A DNA stretch of 64,000 nucleotides from Candidatus Campbellbacteria bacterium (GCA_024653945.1 JANLIT010000003.1:30097-94096), one strand, 5' to 3'; shown: positions 8,220 to 19,196, counted from the stretch's first letter. The notes: a model not told the origin generated them from the letters alone. Made by a program: numbers and translations.

Positions 8220-9620
8220 ATGAAAAACCGTATTTATATAAAAGACCTTGAAAAACACATTGACACTAGCGTTACCATCGCTGGGTGGGTATCTGTACGG
8301 CGTGACCACGGAAAGCTTATTTTTATTGATGTTCGCGACGAAACAGGAAAAGTGCAGGTTGTCGTAACACCTAAAAATGCCGAGGCGCTTGCCGTAGCAA
8401 ACAACCTGCGCTCTGAGTGGGTTATTACCATCACTGGACTCATCAAAAAGCGTCCTGATAATTTGATTAATGCAGATGAATTAAACGGCATGCTTGAATG
8501 TGTGGCTGAAGAAATAACGGTGCTTGCCGAAGCAACAACTCCTCCATTTGATATTACTCAAGACACGATGGGTCTTAATGAAGAGGCACGCCTACAGTAC
8601 CGATACGTAGACCTGCGAAGCGCACGAATGCAGAAAAATATTCGTATTCGAAGCGAGTTTGTACAGAAGTGTCGTGAATATCTTTTTTCAAAAGGATTTG
8701 TTGAAATTGAAACTCCACTCCTCACACAATCAACACCGGAAGGTTCTCGCGACTTCCTTGTGCCATCACGACACGCACCTGGACAATTTTATGCACTGCC
8801 ACAATCACCTCAGCAATACAAACAACTCTTGATGACGTCTGGCTTTGAAAAATATTTTCAACTTGCTCGATGTGTGCGTGATGAAGACCTTCGTGCCGAC
8901 CGTGGATATGAACACACACAATTGGACCTTGAAATGGCCTTTGTCACACGTGACGAAGTTATGGACACTATTGAAGGCATGATTATTTTTGTGATGGAAG
9001 GTTTGGGTAAAACAATCAAACAAAAACCATTTCCACGAATGACGTATGCGGAAGCTATAAAAACATACGGCGCCGACAAATTTGATATGCGCACACCAGA
9101 AGATACAGAGAAGGGAATTCTTGCGTACGCATGGGTAACTGATTTTCCATTCTTTGAAAAAACAGATGACGGCAAATGGACGTTCTCTCACAACCCATTT
9201 TCAATGCCAAAGGAAGAGCATTTGGAGTGGCATATGAAAGGCGAGCACGTTGACGAAATAATCACACAGCAGTACGATCTCGTCTGTAACGGATTTGAAA
9301 CAGGAGGAGGAAGTATTCGTGCACATCGTCCAGAAATTCTTGAAGCAACCTACAAAATTATGGGGTATTCGGATACGGAAATAAAAGACAGCGTTGGTCA
9401 TATGCTTGAAGCATTTGCACACGGTGCGCCACCACATGGAGGTATTGGATTGGGAATTGAGCGAGGTGCAATGATTTTGACTGGTGAAGCATACCTGCGT
9501 GAAGTACAGGCATTTCCTATGACAGGAAAAGGAAAGACAGCGGTGATGCACGCACCAGGACCAATTGACCCGATTGTATTGCGAGACCTTGGATTGTCCA
9601 TTTTAAAGAAGAAAGAATAG
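8220..9620 (+). CDS. aspS: Aspartyl-tRNA synthetase (compact bacterial-type, lacking the large insertion domain)
   Basis: QSPQQYKQLLMTSGFEKYFQLARCVRDEDLRADRGYEHTQLDLEMAF closely matches bacterial AspRS motif 2. Has an N-terminal OB-fold. 467 aa. Confidence 0.85.
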   Translation: MKNRIYIKDLEKHIDTSVTIAGWVSVRRDHGKLIFIDVRDETGKVQVVVTPKNAEALAVANNLRSEWVITITGLIKKRPDNLINADELNGMLECVAEEITVLAEATTPPFDITQDTMGLNEEARLQYRYVDLRSARMQKNIRIRSEFVQKCREYLFSKGFVEIETPLLTQSTPEGSRDFLVPSRHAPGQFYALPQSPQQYKQLLMTSGFEKYFQLARCVRDEDLRADRGYEHTQLDLEMAFVTRDEVMDTIEGMIIFVMEGLGKTIKQKPFPRMTYAEAIKTYGADKFDMRTPEDTEKGILAYAWVTDFPFFEKTDDGKWTFSHNPFSMPKEEHLEWHMKGEHVDEIITQQYDLVCNGFETGGGSIRAHRPEILEATYKIMGYSDTEIKDSVGHMLEAFAHGAPPHGGIGLGIERGAMILTGEAYLREVQAFPMTGKGKTAVMHAPGPIDPIVLRDLGLSILKKKE

Positions 9621-9639
9621 CAAAAAGAACACGCACGTC

Positions 9640-10398
9640 ATGAGTGAGTTTCATATTAAAACACCGGTGTTTGAAGGACCACTAGAACTTCTCCTCTCGC
9701 TCATCGAAAAAAGAAAAGTATTTATTAGCGACATATCACTCGCTGATGTTGCTGACGAATATATGGCGTTCGTGAAGCAGTTGGAACACTTTCCCCTCAA
9801 GGAAGCGGCGCAATTTGTACTTATCGCATCCACGCTTGTTCTTATAAAATCAAAATCGTTGTTGCCTGAATTTACGCTCACACAAGAAGAAGAAGCAGAC
9901 ATCAAAGATTTGGAGGAACGACTTCGTGTGTATCAGCGTGTGCAACAACTCTCAAAAGAAATTGGTCTTCGTTTTGGCACACACATACTCTTTCCTCGAG
10001 CGCACACATCGCTCTATCGTGAAGCTGTGTTTGCACCACATGAGTCAATCACTACAAATGCACTCATTGATGCCCTCCACGGCGTGATTGCACGACTCCC
10101 AAAGAAAGAGGTTCTAAAAAAAGTTATTGTTGAAAAAATTATGAGCTTGGAAGATATGATGAAGAATTTGTCGGAGCGTATCGGACACGCACTCAAACTT
10201 CGTTTTAGTGATATCGCAAAAACACACGCACAAAGTGACGCCACGGAAAGGGAAGTGCGCGTGAATACTATCGTCAGTTTTCTTGCCATGCTGGAGTTGG
10301 TCAAGCAAGGAATACTTGCTGTTCGCCAACATCAAACATTTTCCGATATTGAAATGGAAACCGAAACCGTTACCACACCTTCATACGCCCGCCCATGA
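9640..10398 (+). CDS. scpA: Segregation and condensation protein A
   Basis: FEGPLELLLSLIEKRKVFISDISLADVADEY is the kleisin ScpA N-terminal signature. Confidence 0.85.
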   Translation: MSEFHIKTPVFEGPLELLLSLIEKRKVFISDISLADVADEYMAFVKQLEHFPLKEAAQFVLIASTLVLIKSKSLLPEFTLTQEEEADIKDLEERLRVYQRVQQLSKEIGLRFGTHILFPRAHTSLYREAVFAPHESITTNALIDALHGVIARLPKKEVLKKVIVEKIMSLEDMMKNLSERIGHALKLRFSDIAKTHAQSDATEREVRVNTIVSFLAMLELVKQGILAVRQHQTFSDIEMETETVTTPSYARP

Positions 10399-10952
10399 AC
10401 ACACACGCTACACAACTTGAAGCTATTCTTTTTTTCAAAGGCGAACCGCTTTCTTTTTCTGAAATTGCACACCTTTTGAATATTTCTGAAAATAACGTAC
10501 AAACGGCTGGACAGGAACTCAAGGAACACCTCGCACGAGAAAACCGCGGCATTCGTCTCATGGAAAATAATGGCGCATACATGTTGGCCACAGCGCCTGA
10601 AATGGCACCTCGTATTGAGAAACTCATTAAAGATGAGCTGGAACGTGACCTTGGAAAAGCTGGCCTTGAAACACTCTCTATTGTCTTGTACTACGGCCCA
10701 ATTACTCGTGCTCGCATTGACCATATTCGTGGCGTGAATTCATCATTCACCGTCCGACAACTTGCCATACGCGGTCTTATTGAACGCGAGGAAAATCCAA
10801 ACGACCAACGAAGCTACCTCTACAAACCGACATTTGAACTGCTCTCATATCTCGGTGTTACCAATGTGTCCGAGTTACCCGAATATACACACACCAAAGA
10901 AGAACTAGAGAACTTTAGTGCATCGCCAGATAGCGACGAAACACATGAGTAA
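10395..10952 (+). CDS. scpB: Segregation and condensation protein B
   Basis: LEAILFFKGEPLSFSEIAHLL winged-helix ScpB signature. Overlaps the scpA stop. Confidence 0.85.
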   Translation: MNTHATQLEAILFFKGEPLSFSEIAHLLNISENNVQTAGQELKEHLARENRGIRLMENNGAYMLATAPEMAPRIEKLIKDELERDLGKAGLETLSIVLYYGPITRARIDHIRGVNSSFTVRQLAIRGLIEREENPNDQRSYLYKPTFELLSYLGVTNVSELPEYTHTKEELENFSASPDSDETHE

Positions 10953-11883
10953 TGACACTTCAAACTATGATTCGTTTTTGCGCGTAACCCCACTTCTTGT
11001 GGGGGGACTTGTTATTGCTTGTTTTGTCATACTGCTCGGCACCATTGTGCTTCCAAAAAATGTACAGCAAGACACACCCACACCAACGCTTCCCAAAGTG
11101 CCAGTGGCCTCAGTTTTTGATTCAATCAACATTGAGGCTCGTTCAGCATATGTGTATGACGCACAAACGGACTCGGCACTCTTTGAGAAAAACGCGTATG
11201 AAGCACTTCCTCTTGCTTCTATTACAAAACTCTTATCTGTTGTTGTCGCACAATCAGTATTTCCTTCTGGAACTATCATTACTATTTCTCCTGAAGCACT
11301 TTCAGAAGTTGGCGATTCAGATCTTTTTGTGGGGGAGCGTTGGCTATTACGCGACCTCCTGCGGTACACCCTCACCGTTTCTTCAAATGATGGGGCTAGT
11401 GCGGTTGCACACACCTATGATGAACGGGGGGCAACCACGTTCGTTACAAAACTCAACGAATATTCTCAAAGCTTAGGTCTCTCTTCATTTTCATTTACAA
11501 ATGCGACGGGACTTGATGAAAAAGGTACGTGGAAAGCAGCAAATTTTGGCTCCGCACGCGATGTTACATTTTTATTTGCACACGCACTTACCACTATTCC
11601 CGATATTCTTGACGCCACACGAATAGGGCAGGGAAGTATCTCCTCTTTAGACCGCATACACCGTGTTTCAAACACCAACACGATGATTGATAGCATTCCA
11701 AACGCCATTGGTTCAAAAACAGGATTCACAGATGCCGCTGGTGGAAATCTCGTGCTCTCATTTGATGTTGGCATCGGCCACCCGGTGATTATTGTCGTGC
11801 TTGGGTCAAGTAAAGATGGACGTTTTACTGATATGCAAAAGCTTGTTGGTGCCACCAATGCACACTATGCACTACGAGATTAA
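10945..11883 (+). CDS. dacA: D-alanyl-D-alanine carboxypeptidase (PBP5/6-type serine peptidase S11)
   Basis: SITK (SxxK), SSND (SxN) and KTGFT (KTG) motifs in order, with an N-terminal TM. Confidence 0.8.
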   Translation: MSNDTSNYDSFLRVTPLLVGGLVIACFVILLGTIVLPKNVQQDTPTPTLPKVPVASVFDSINIEARSAYVYDAQTDSALFEKNAYEALPLASITKLLSVVVAQSVFPSGTIITISPEALSEVGDSDLFVGERWLLRDLLRYTLTVSSNDGASAVAHTYDERGATTFVTKLNEYSQSLGLSSFSFTNATGLDEKGTWKAANFGSARDVTFLFAHALTTIPDILDATRIGQGSISSLDRIHRVSNTNTMIDSIPNAIGSKTGFTDAAGGNLVLSFDVGIGHPVIIVVLGSSKDGRFTDMQKLVGATNAHYALRD

Positions 11884-11913
11884 AAAATGAGTATTTGATA
11901 CACTATATATTCT

Positions 11914-12966
11914 ATGGATATCATTGACACTATTAAAGTAATTTTTCCAACAACAGTATCATTTACTATTGGTATTCTTATAACGCCAATTGTTACGCAC
12001 TATCTCTACAAATATCAGTGCTGGAAAAAAACAAGCGTGGTAAAAGCGAGTGATGGGGGAGAGGCGCCGATTTCACAAAAACTTCATAATGATGAGGAAC
12101 GAAAAACGCCACGCATGGGGGGAATTGTTATCTGGGCGAGTGTCCTTCTTACAACAGTATTTTTTGTGATTATATCTTCATTTGCTGACGGAATGTTTCA
12201 AACAATATCATTTCTCAGTAGAAACCAGACATGGCTCCCGTTGTTTACCCTCATCGTTGGGGCGCTCGTCGGTCTGTTTGATGACTACCTCAGCATCAAA
12301 GGCTCACTTGATTATGTTGGAGGTGGATTGTCACTCACCAAGCGTGTCGGTCTCGTCACGCTTGTGGGAATAATTGGTGCCTGGTGGTTTTATGAGAAAT
12401 TGGACGTATCAAGCGTCATTGTGCCATTCTTTGGAACATTTGATATCGGCTGGCTCTTCATTCCATTCTTTATTCTTGTCATGCTCGGCACCTACTCTGG
12501 GGGTATTATTGATGGCCTTGATGGCCTTTCTGGTGGCATCTTTGCATCAATATTTTCCGCATACGGCGTTATTGCATTCGCACAAAATCAAATTGACCTC
12601 GCAGCTCTGTGTTTTGTAATTGTGGGAGCCTTGCTCGCTTTTTTATGGTTCAATATTCCACCCGCGCGTTTCTTTATGACAGAAACAGGAATTATGGCGC
12701 TCACTATGACACTTTCGGTTATTGCATTTCTTACACAGCAGGTGCTCATACTGCCTATCATTGCGTTTCTTCTTGTAGTCACCTCTTTATCATCAAGTAT
12801 GCAACTGTTGTCAAAACGGTTCCGAGGTAAAAAAATATTTCTTGTCGCGCCACTCCATCACCACTTTCAAGCCATTGGATGGCCTGCGTCCAAAGTTGTC
12901 ATGCGCTATTGGGTACTCTCTGTCATTTGTGCAACGGTTGGTGTCCTCATAGCACTCTTGGGGTAA
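11914..12966 (+). CDS. mraY: Phospho-N-acetylmuramoyl-pentapeptide transferase
   Basis: Polytopic membrane protein with KTPRMGGIVIW (MraY KxGTPTMGG-like motif), in a dac-mraY-ftsW-murG context. Confidence 0.8.
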   Translation: MDIIDTIKVIFPTTVSFTIGILITPIVTHYLYKYQCWKKTSVVKASDGGEAPISQKLHNDEERKTPRMGGIVIWASVLLTTVFFVIISSFADGMFQTISFLSRNQTWLPLFTLIVGALVGLFDDYLSIKGSLDYVGGGLSLTKRVGLVTLVGIIGAWWFYEKLDVSSVIVPFFGTFDIGWLFIPFFILVMLGTYSGGIIDGLDGLSGGIFASIFSAYGVIAFAQNQIDLAALCFVIVGALLAFLWFNIPPARFFMTETGIMALTMTLSVIAFLTQQVLILPIIAFLLVVTSLSSSMQLLSKRFRGKKIFLVAPLHHHFQAIGWPASKVVMRYWVLSVICATVGVLIALLG

Positions 12967-12992
12967 GAGTACTGAATGCTATACTGAACCAC

Positions 12993-14105
12993 ATGCAGCG
13001 CGGTATTGACAAACCTTTTCTTTTTATCACAAGCATTCTTGTTGTTGCGGGAATGTTTATTTTTATTTCTGCATCAATTGGACTTCTTGCTCGAGCAGAG
13101 AATCTTAATGTTTCTGGACAGATTATTAACCAACTTCTGTCTCTAGGAATTGGTCTTGCCCTTGCACTTCTTGTGTTCCGATTTCCTGTTACTTTTTGGC
13201 ACACCTACTCATTTTATATTTTGTTGGCAGGACTTGCCGCAACACTATTAGTACTCATACCGGGCTTTGGACCCGAACACGGAGGCGCGCGCCGCTGGAT
13301 TGAGATTGGCTCCGTATCACTTCAACCGGCCGAGTTTTTGAAATTTGCGTTCATACTTTATTTTGCCGCCTGGTGTACCGGCGTTCGAAAACGCATACAC
13401 ACATTTACCTATGGCCCGCTTGCACTGCTCCTTCTTCTTGTGCCTGTTGGGTTTGTCCTCTGGTTACAGCCCGACTACGGTTCAATCACCATTATTGGCG
13501 CTACGGGAATGTGCATGTTGATATTTGCGGGAGCACGTTGGAAACATATTATTTCGCTTTCTTTGATTGGTGGTGTGTGTGCACTACTGGTCGTACTTTT
13601 TGTTCCCTACATACAAGACCGAGTGGACACCTTTTTGCATCCGGGAAAAGATCCACTTGCCTCTGGGTATCAAATTAAACAATCACTTATTGCTATTGGC
13701 TCTGGTCAAATAACTGGACGTGGGTTTGGACAAAGCACTCAGAAATTTAATTTTCTTCCTGAACCAATGGGAGATTCGGTATTTGCTGTTTTTGCTGAAG
13801 AGTGGGGATTTGTTGGTGGCATTGTTCTCATCGGTTTATTTATTGCCTTTTTAAACTTCGGTTATCGCATTGCTCTGCGCGCTGAAACGGCCTTTTCTCG
13901 TCTCGTGGTATTAGGTTTCGTTACCGCAATCGTAACGCAATCTTTCATTAATATGGGGTCTATGCTTGGCGTATTTCCACTCACAGGAGACCCTCTTGTT
14001 TTTGTGAGTAAGGGCGGAACATCACTTGTTTTTACCCTCATTGAAATCGGTATTATTTTGGCAATATCAAAACACACAAAAGAGCCGGGTACTGCAAAAA
14101 CCTAG
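12993..14105 (+). CDS. ftsW: SEDS family lipid II flippase/polymerase FtsW/RodA
   Basis: QPAEFLKFAFILYFAAW, PDYGS, GSGQITGRGFGQSTQKFNFLPEPMGDSVFAVFAEEWGFVGG. Start set at the internal ATG (12993) to avoid overlap with mraY. Confidence 0.85.
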   Translation: MQRGIDKPFLFITSILVVAGMFIFISASIGLLARAENLNVSGQIINQLLSLGIGLALALLVFRFPVTFWHTYSFYILLAGLAATLLVLIPGFGPEHGGARRWIEIGSVSLQPAEFLKFAFILYFAAWCTGVRKRIHTFTYGPLALLLLLVPVGFVLWLQPDYGSITIIGATGMCMLIFAGARWKHIISLSLIGGVCALLVVLFVPYIQDRVDTFLHPGKDPLASGYQIKQSLIAIGSGQITGRGFGQSTQKFNFLPEPMGDSVFAVFAEEWGFVGGIVLIGLFIAFLNFGYRIALRAETAFSRLVVLGFVTAIVTQSFINMGSMLGVFPLTGDPLVFVSKGGTSLVFTLIEIGIILAISKHTKEPGTAKT

Positions 14106-14175
14106 TAACGAAAGGGGGTATTTCTGATATACTTATGGAGTACTGTTCGCTGTATACGAGCAGTGTAATACTTTT

Positions 14176-15330
14176 ATGCGCATTATTCTTACAGGCGGGG
14201 GTTCCGGAGGGCACTTTTATCCAATGATTGCTGTTGCTCAGCAAATTCATGAGATTGCAAAGCTCGACCATTTGGTTGAACCTGAGCTTTTGTACATGGC
14301 TGCTGAACCGTACGACATGGACGCACTTCTTGAAAATAATATAGAGTTCAAACACATAACCGCCGGAAAACAAAGACGTTATTTCTCATTTAAAAATGCC
14401 ATTGACGTGTTCAAGATAGGGTGGGGGATGGTAAAGGCAGTTATAAAAGTGTTTCTCTCATTTCCCGATGTTGTGTTCAGTAAGGGCGGATATCCAAGTG
14501 TTCCTGTTGTGTTTGCAACAAAACTATTTCGTATTCCGCTCGTCATTCACGAATCTGATACCGAACCAGGACGTGCAAACGCATGGGCCGCAACATATGC
14601 ACAGCGTATTGCAATTTCATATCCAGAGTCAGTGGACTATTTTGAAAAAATCACCGCACGACGAAAAAGAAAACCGAGAATTGCGCTCACAGGAAACCCT
14701 GTCCGTCACGAACTACAGACCGTTGCAGTATCTGGTGCACATGAATTTTTAAAACTAGAACAAGGCACGCCAACTATTTTAGTTCTTGGCGGTTCTCAAG
14801 GTGCCCAAGCCATCAACGAAACTATTATTGAAGCACTTCCTCGACTCATTGAAAAATATCAGATTCTTCATCAGACAGGATCCGCGCTCTACGACATAAC
14901 TATTGGCAGCGCAGATACTATTCTTGAAGGAAATCCGCTCAAAGAACGCTACCACGCATTTCCATTTCTTAATGTTGTAGCTATGCGCATGTCTGCCGGC
15001 GCCGCTGATCTTATTATTTCCCGCTCTGGCTCGGGTTCTATTTTTGAGATTGCTGCATGGGGTAAACCATCAATTCTCATTCCTATTCCAACAGGCGTCA
15101 GTCATGACCAAGAAAAAAATGCCTTCGCATACGCACGTACCGGCGCAGGACTTGTTGTTGAACAAGCAAACCTGACACCAAACCTCTTGGTATCTGAAAT
15201 TGACCGTCTGATGAGCGCACCTGACGAAATGGCTTCCATGGCACGCAAAGCATCGGAATTCGCACGCCCCGATGCCGCTGAAAAAATTGCCCGCGAAGTG
15301 CTTGATGTCGCTCTTGAACATGAAAAATAA
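14176..15330 (+). CDS. murG: Undecaprenyldiphospho-muramoylpentapeptide beta-N-acetylglucosaminyltransferase
   Basis: MRIILTGGGSGGHFYPMIAVAQQI has the MurG N-terminal G-loop. 384 aa. Confidence 0.9.
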   Translation: MRIILTGGGSGGHFYPMIAVAQQIHEIAKLDHLVEPELLYMAAEPYDMDALLENNIEFKHITAGKQRRYFSFKNAIDVFKIGWGMVKAVIKVFLSFPDVVFSKGGYPSVPVVFATKLFRIPLVIHESDTEPGRANAWAATYAQRIAISYPESVDYFEKITARRKRKPRIALTGNPVRHELQTVAVSGAHEFLKLEQGTPTILVLGGSQGAQAINETIIEALPRLIEKYQILHQTGSALYDITIGSADTILEGNPLKERYHAFPFLNVVAMRMSAGAADLIISRSGSGSIFEIAAWGKPSILIPIPTGVSHDQEKNAFAYARTGAGLVVEQANLTPNLLVSEIDRLMSAPDEMASMARKASEFARPDAAEKIAREVLDVALEHEK

Positions 15331-16657
15331 TCCCTCACAAAATGTGGTTGTCAGATTTGCTCCGTCTCCAACGGGTTTTCTTCATATTGGTGGTGTACGC
15401 GGTGCACTTTTTAATTTTTTGTTTGCACGTAAACACGGTGGTACCTATGTACTGCGCATTGAAGATACTGACAAAGAACGTAATAAAGAGGAGTGGACAA
15501 AGGGTTTAATTGACGATCTTGCGTGGCTTGGTCTTCATCATGATGTGTTTGCAAAACAATCAGAGCGAACCGACCTCTATCGTAGCGCTCTTCAAAAACT
15601 TATTGATTCGGGACATGCATACGTCTCAAAAGAAACGCCAACAGAGCCTGGACAACGTGACGAGGTCATTCGTTTTAAAAATCCAAACACCATTGTTACG
15701 TTTGATGACATGATTCGTGGCACAGTGTCCGTTGATACAACCGACCTTGGTGACTTTGTTATTGCTCGAAGCATGGATGAACCTCTCTATCATCTTGCAG
15801 TCGTTGTTGATGATGGAGACATGAATATTACGCACGTTATTCGAGGCGAAGAACACCTTTCAAACACACCACGGCAAATCCTTATTCAAGAAGCCCTTGG
15901 GTTATCTCGTCCAACATATGCGCACCTTCCACTTGTACTCGCAACAGACAAATCAAAACTCTCAAAGCGCAAGCACGGCGAAGCGGTGTCTCTTACACAC
16001 TATCGAAGTCGTGGGTATCTTCCCGAGGCACTTTTAAATTTTGTGGTATTCATGGGATGGAATCCTGGAACCGACAAGGAATTCTTTACTATGGATGAAA
16101 TGATTGAGGCGTTTGATATTTCAAAAGTACAAAAAGGTGGAGCGGTATTTAATGTCGAAAAACTCAACTGGATTAACCGACACTACATTCATCTCATGAC
16201 CCCAGAGCAACAACTCGCTCGTATTTCTGAATATGCACCCAAAGGGACAGATGGAGATATGCTTGCAAAACTGCGTCCAATCATTATTGACCACATACAA
16301 ACATTTGGAGATGTTGCAACAATGTTTGAAAGCGGAGAGCTTGCATACTTTTTTGCTTTACCAGAATATGATAGTGCACGATTGTTGTGGAAAACTGACC
16401 CTACAGAAACGGCACTGAAGCACCTTTCGTGGATTGCAGAAAAACTAAAATCTATTCCTGAATCTTTTACACATGATGAAATAAAAGAGGCTGTGTGGCC
16501 GTATGCAGAAAGCGAGGGGAAGGGAAGCGTGCTCTGGCCATTTCGGTTTGCACTCACAGGACAAGAAAAATCACCGGATCCGTTTACGGTTGCTGGTATT
16601 TTGGGTTATGAAGAGACATATAAACGTGTGAGCAACGCACTCAAACGTCTCTCATGA
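15320..16657 (+). CDS. gltX: Glutamyl-tRNA synthetase
   Basis: VVRFAPSPTGFLHIGGVRGALFNFLFARKHGGTYVLRIEDTDKERN class I HIGH region. Start ATG at 15320 overlaps the murG stop. Confidence 0.9.
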   Translation: MKNNPSQNVVVRFAPSPTGFLHIGGVRGALFNFLFARKHGGTYVLRIEDTDKERNKEEWTKGLIDDLAWLGLHHDVFAKQSERTDLYRSALQKLIDSGHAYVSKETPTEPGQRDEVIRFKNPNTIVTFDDMIRGTVSVDTTDLGDFVIARSMDEPLYHLAVVVDDGDMNITHVIRGEEHLSNTPRQILIQEALGLSRPTYAHLPLVLATDKSKLSKRKHGEAVSLTHYRSRGYLPEALLNFVVFMGWNPGTDKEFFTMDEMIEAFDISKVQKGGAVFNVEKLNWINRHYIHLMTPEQQLARISEYAPKGTDGDMLAKLRPIIIDHIQTFGDVATMFESGELAYFFALPEYDSARLLWKTDPTETALKHLSWIAEKLKSIPESFTHDEIKEAVWPYAESEGKGSVLWPFRFALTGQEKSPDPFTVAGILGYEETYKRVSNALKRLS

Positions 16658-17958
16658 AAAATACCTCACTCAACGCACTGGGATTAGGTTTATTTCTTCT
16701 TATAGGAGTAAGTTTTTTTTCATCTCCACTGTATGCCGCCGTCTCTCTTGACGAACTCCAAAATAAAATTAATGAGAAGTCCGCACAAATTGAGCAGATT
16801 GAAAAAGATATTGCGAAATACGAAAAAGAACTTCAAACAGTAGGGGGCGAACGAAAAACACTTGAGAGTGCTATTGCACAACTTAATTTGACACGACAAA
16901 AATTACTAAGTGACATAACACTCACTCAAAAAAAGATTGAGCAAACTGGATACTCTATTGAAAAAACCGTGTCCGCAATACAAGAACAGGAACAAAAAAT
17001 TGAACAAAATAATACTGTTATAGGACACGCTATTCAAGTCATGCATGAATCAGATAATGAATCTTTTGTTGAAATCGTATTGAGTAAAAATTCTTTGACT
17101 GATATATGGACCGAGTTTGACCAGTTAGAACAAATCCAGACCAATCTACGAAATCAATTGCAAGAACTGCGTTTGTTGAAGGCTGATTTATCTGATAAAA
17201 AAGATTTGGAGCAAAAAGAACATGATTCCCTGAGCGCCTACAAATCAAAATTAGATGGCCAAAAAAAGGTTATTGAAGTTAACAAACAACAAAAAGACCA
17301 ATTACTCACCACAACAAAAAGCAAAGAGGGTGAGTATCAAAAACTTTTGGAAGAAAAACGTTTGGCCGCACAAAAATTTGAAAGTGAATTGCAAGACTAT
17401 GAAGCACAACTGCAGTACGCACAAGATCCTTCAAAGCTTCCACAAAAGGGGAGTGCGGTGCTTTCGTGGCCTGTTGAAAACCCCGTCATCACCCAAGGCT
17501 TTGGCTTGACAAGTTTTGCTTTAAGTGGTGCTTATGGATACAAGAACGGTCAACCAAACCCACACCGAGGAATTGATTTTAGGGCTTCTGTTGGAACTCC
17601 GCTGCTTGCTACAGCTGCAGGAACGGTCCGCGACGCGGTTAATATGGATGCGGTGCCCGGATGTTATTCCTACGGAAGGTGGATTCTTATTGACCATGAC
17701 AATGGGCTTTCAACACTATACGCACACATGTCAGTTATGAGCGTTTCTGCTGGTGAGTATGTCAAGACAGGTCAAATTATTGGATATGCAGGTGCCAGTG
17801 GATATGCAACTGGACCTCATTTACACTTTAGCGTCTTTGATCGTGATGCGGTGCAAGTTTCTCCATTTTCGTGGAGTATTGGATGTAAGAACACAAGGAT
17901 TCCGTTCGCACCGTATGAAGCGTATCTTAATCCACTTGAGTACCTTCCCAAAATGTAA
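16654..17958 (+). CDS. M23 family metallopeptidase with N-terminal coiled coil (EnvC-like)
   Basis: Signal/TM, then a long coiled coil, then PHRGIDF ... GPHLHFSVF (HxxxD and HxH M23 motifs). Confidence 0.85.
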   Translation: MKNTSLNALGLGLFLLIGVSFFSSPLYAAVSLDELQNKINEKSAQIEQIEKDIAKYEKELQTVGGERKTLESAIAQLNLTRQKLLSDITLTQKKIEQTGYSIEKTVSAIQEQEQKIEQNNTVIGHAIQVMHESDNESFVEIVLSKNSLTDIWTEFDQLEQIQTNLRNQLQELRLLKADLSDKKDLEQKEHDSLSAYKSKLDGQKKVIEVNKQQKDQLLTTTKSKEGEYQKLLEEKRLAAQKFESELQDYEAQLQYAQDPSKLPQKGSAVLSWPVENPVITQGFGLTSFALSGAYGYKNGQPNPHRGIDFRASVGTPLLATAAGTVRDAVNMDAVPGCYSYGRWILIDHDNGLSTLYAHMSVMSVSAGEYVKTGQIIGYAGASGYATGPHLHFSVFDRDAVQVSPFSWSIGCKNTRIPFAPYEAYLNPLEYLPKM

Positions 17959-17982
17959 TTAAACGTGTTATAAAGGTTATAT

Positions 17983-18291
17983 ATGTATACACACATACCA
18001 AACTACCAGGGATTTATCAAAATTATCCTCATTATAGTGATTGCGCTTATCGTCCTTGGATATTTCGGACTCAATATAACAGACATTCTGGCTTCACCGG
18101 TTGTGAAAGAGAACCTTGCATGGTTCTGGAATTTTTTGACTCATATTTGGTCAACGTACTTGAGTGGACCAGCAACATGGCTTTGGAATCATCTTATAAA
18201 ATTATTGTGGGATATGTTTGTACAAGGTATAGGAAACCTTAAGGCAAACGGCGGACAGATACCAGTTACACCTATAACTGTTGGAAATTAG
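17983..18291 (+). CDS. Hypothetical small membrane protein
   Basis: 102 aa. Hydrophobic helix IKIILIIVIALIVLGYFGL. Confidence 0.4.
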   Translation: MYTHIPNYQGFIKIILIIVIALIVLGYFGLNITDILASPVVKENLAWFWNFLTHIWSTYLSGPATWLWNHLIKLLWDMFVQGIGNLKANGGQIPVTPITVGN

Positions 18292-18412
18292 AAGTATGAG
18301 GAGAGGTTTTTGTCTTTGTCCGTATGTTCTAGGTATATAGGTCGGAAAAGATATATTGTGCGACACATATCTTCTCAGAAACTGGACCCTTAAAGGGCTA
18401 CCCCACTAGGGA

Positions 18413-18865
18413 CTATTGACAGTTTCCTGCTTTTGTATATCCGGCCGATTGCGCATCTTTCTCTGACGCATACCACACTTTATTTTCTTCTTTGATTTGC
18501 CCAGCCCCAGCACACCACGGAAAATGGTATTTTGTTCCATTCTTGGAAACAACGACTCCCCCTGCCCCACCTCCTATAGACACCTCTGTTTTTTGTGGTT
18601 GTATTTTTGTTTCAGTTTTTTCACTCACATACAGAGAAGTTGTCTGTGGGCTCGTAAAAGGCTCTATATCAATCGCTAGAGGACATTGGAGACCTGTATG
18701 GGTCATAATCCTACCCAAGTAAAACGACGAGATACCAACGCTTCCGACGACCGCAAATGTAAGCCCTGCACTCACCAAAAACCTCAAGGGACGCTTGTTT
18801 TTTTGGACATAGTACGGTATAGTGTTGAGCACTTCAGTAAATAACATTAGAGATATATGGCACAT
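18413..18865 (-). CDS. Hypothetical membrane-anchored protein with C-terminal YHxxxC...GYxxxxNC (sunset-like) domain
   Basis: N-terminal TM, then a Gly-rich linker, then [38 protein letters not shown]. Confidence 0.5.
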   Translation of the reverse strand: MCHISLMLFTEVLNTIPYYVQKNKRPLRFLVSAGLTFAVVGSVGISSFYLGRIMTHTGLQCPLAIDIEPFTSPQTTSLYVSEKTETKIQPQKTEVSIGGGAGGVVVSKNGTKYHFPWCAGAGQIKEENKVWYASEKDAQSAGYTKAGNCQ

Positions 18866-19135
18866 AGAAAAGCCGGTGGAACAGCAAAAAACCTACGAGA
18901 TTCAAACCCAAAATTCCTTGGTGTAAAGATTGGTGACGGACAAAGCGCCCGCCCAGGAGCTATTATTGTACGCCAGCGAGGTACACGTATTCTCCCAGGA
19001 AAGAATGTTGACATGGGAAAGGATCATACACTTTTTGCGCTAAAAGAAGGTGTGGTTAAATTCCGTATGAAACGAGCCGTACGATTTAATGGCGCGTCTC
19101 AACGAAAGAAGATTGTAGACGTCCTTGTTAAATAG
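18857..19135 (+). CDS. rpmA: 50S ribosomal protein bL27
   Basis: [24 protein letters not shown]...[27 protein letters not shown]. Confidence 0.9.
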   Translation: MAHRKAGGTAKNLRDSNPKFLGVKIGDGQSARPGAIIVRQRGTRILPGKNVDMGKDHTLFALKEGVVKFRMKRAVRFNGASQRKKIVDVLVK

Positions 19136-19154
19136 AAGATAAAATCTCACATTT

Positions 19155-19181
19155 AAAAAACCACCCGCTTGGGTGGTTTTT
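19155..19181. terminator. Bidirectional rho-independent terminator between rpmA and rplI
   Basis: aaaaaaCCACCCgcttGGGTGGttttt. Confidence 0.75.
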
Positions 19182-19196
19182 GATTGGTATCTCTTT

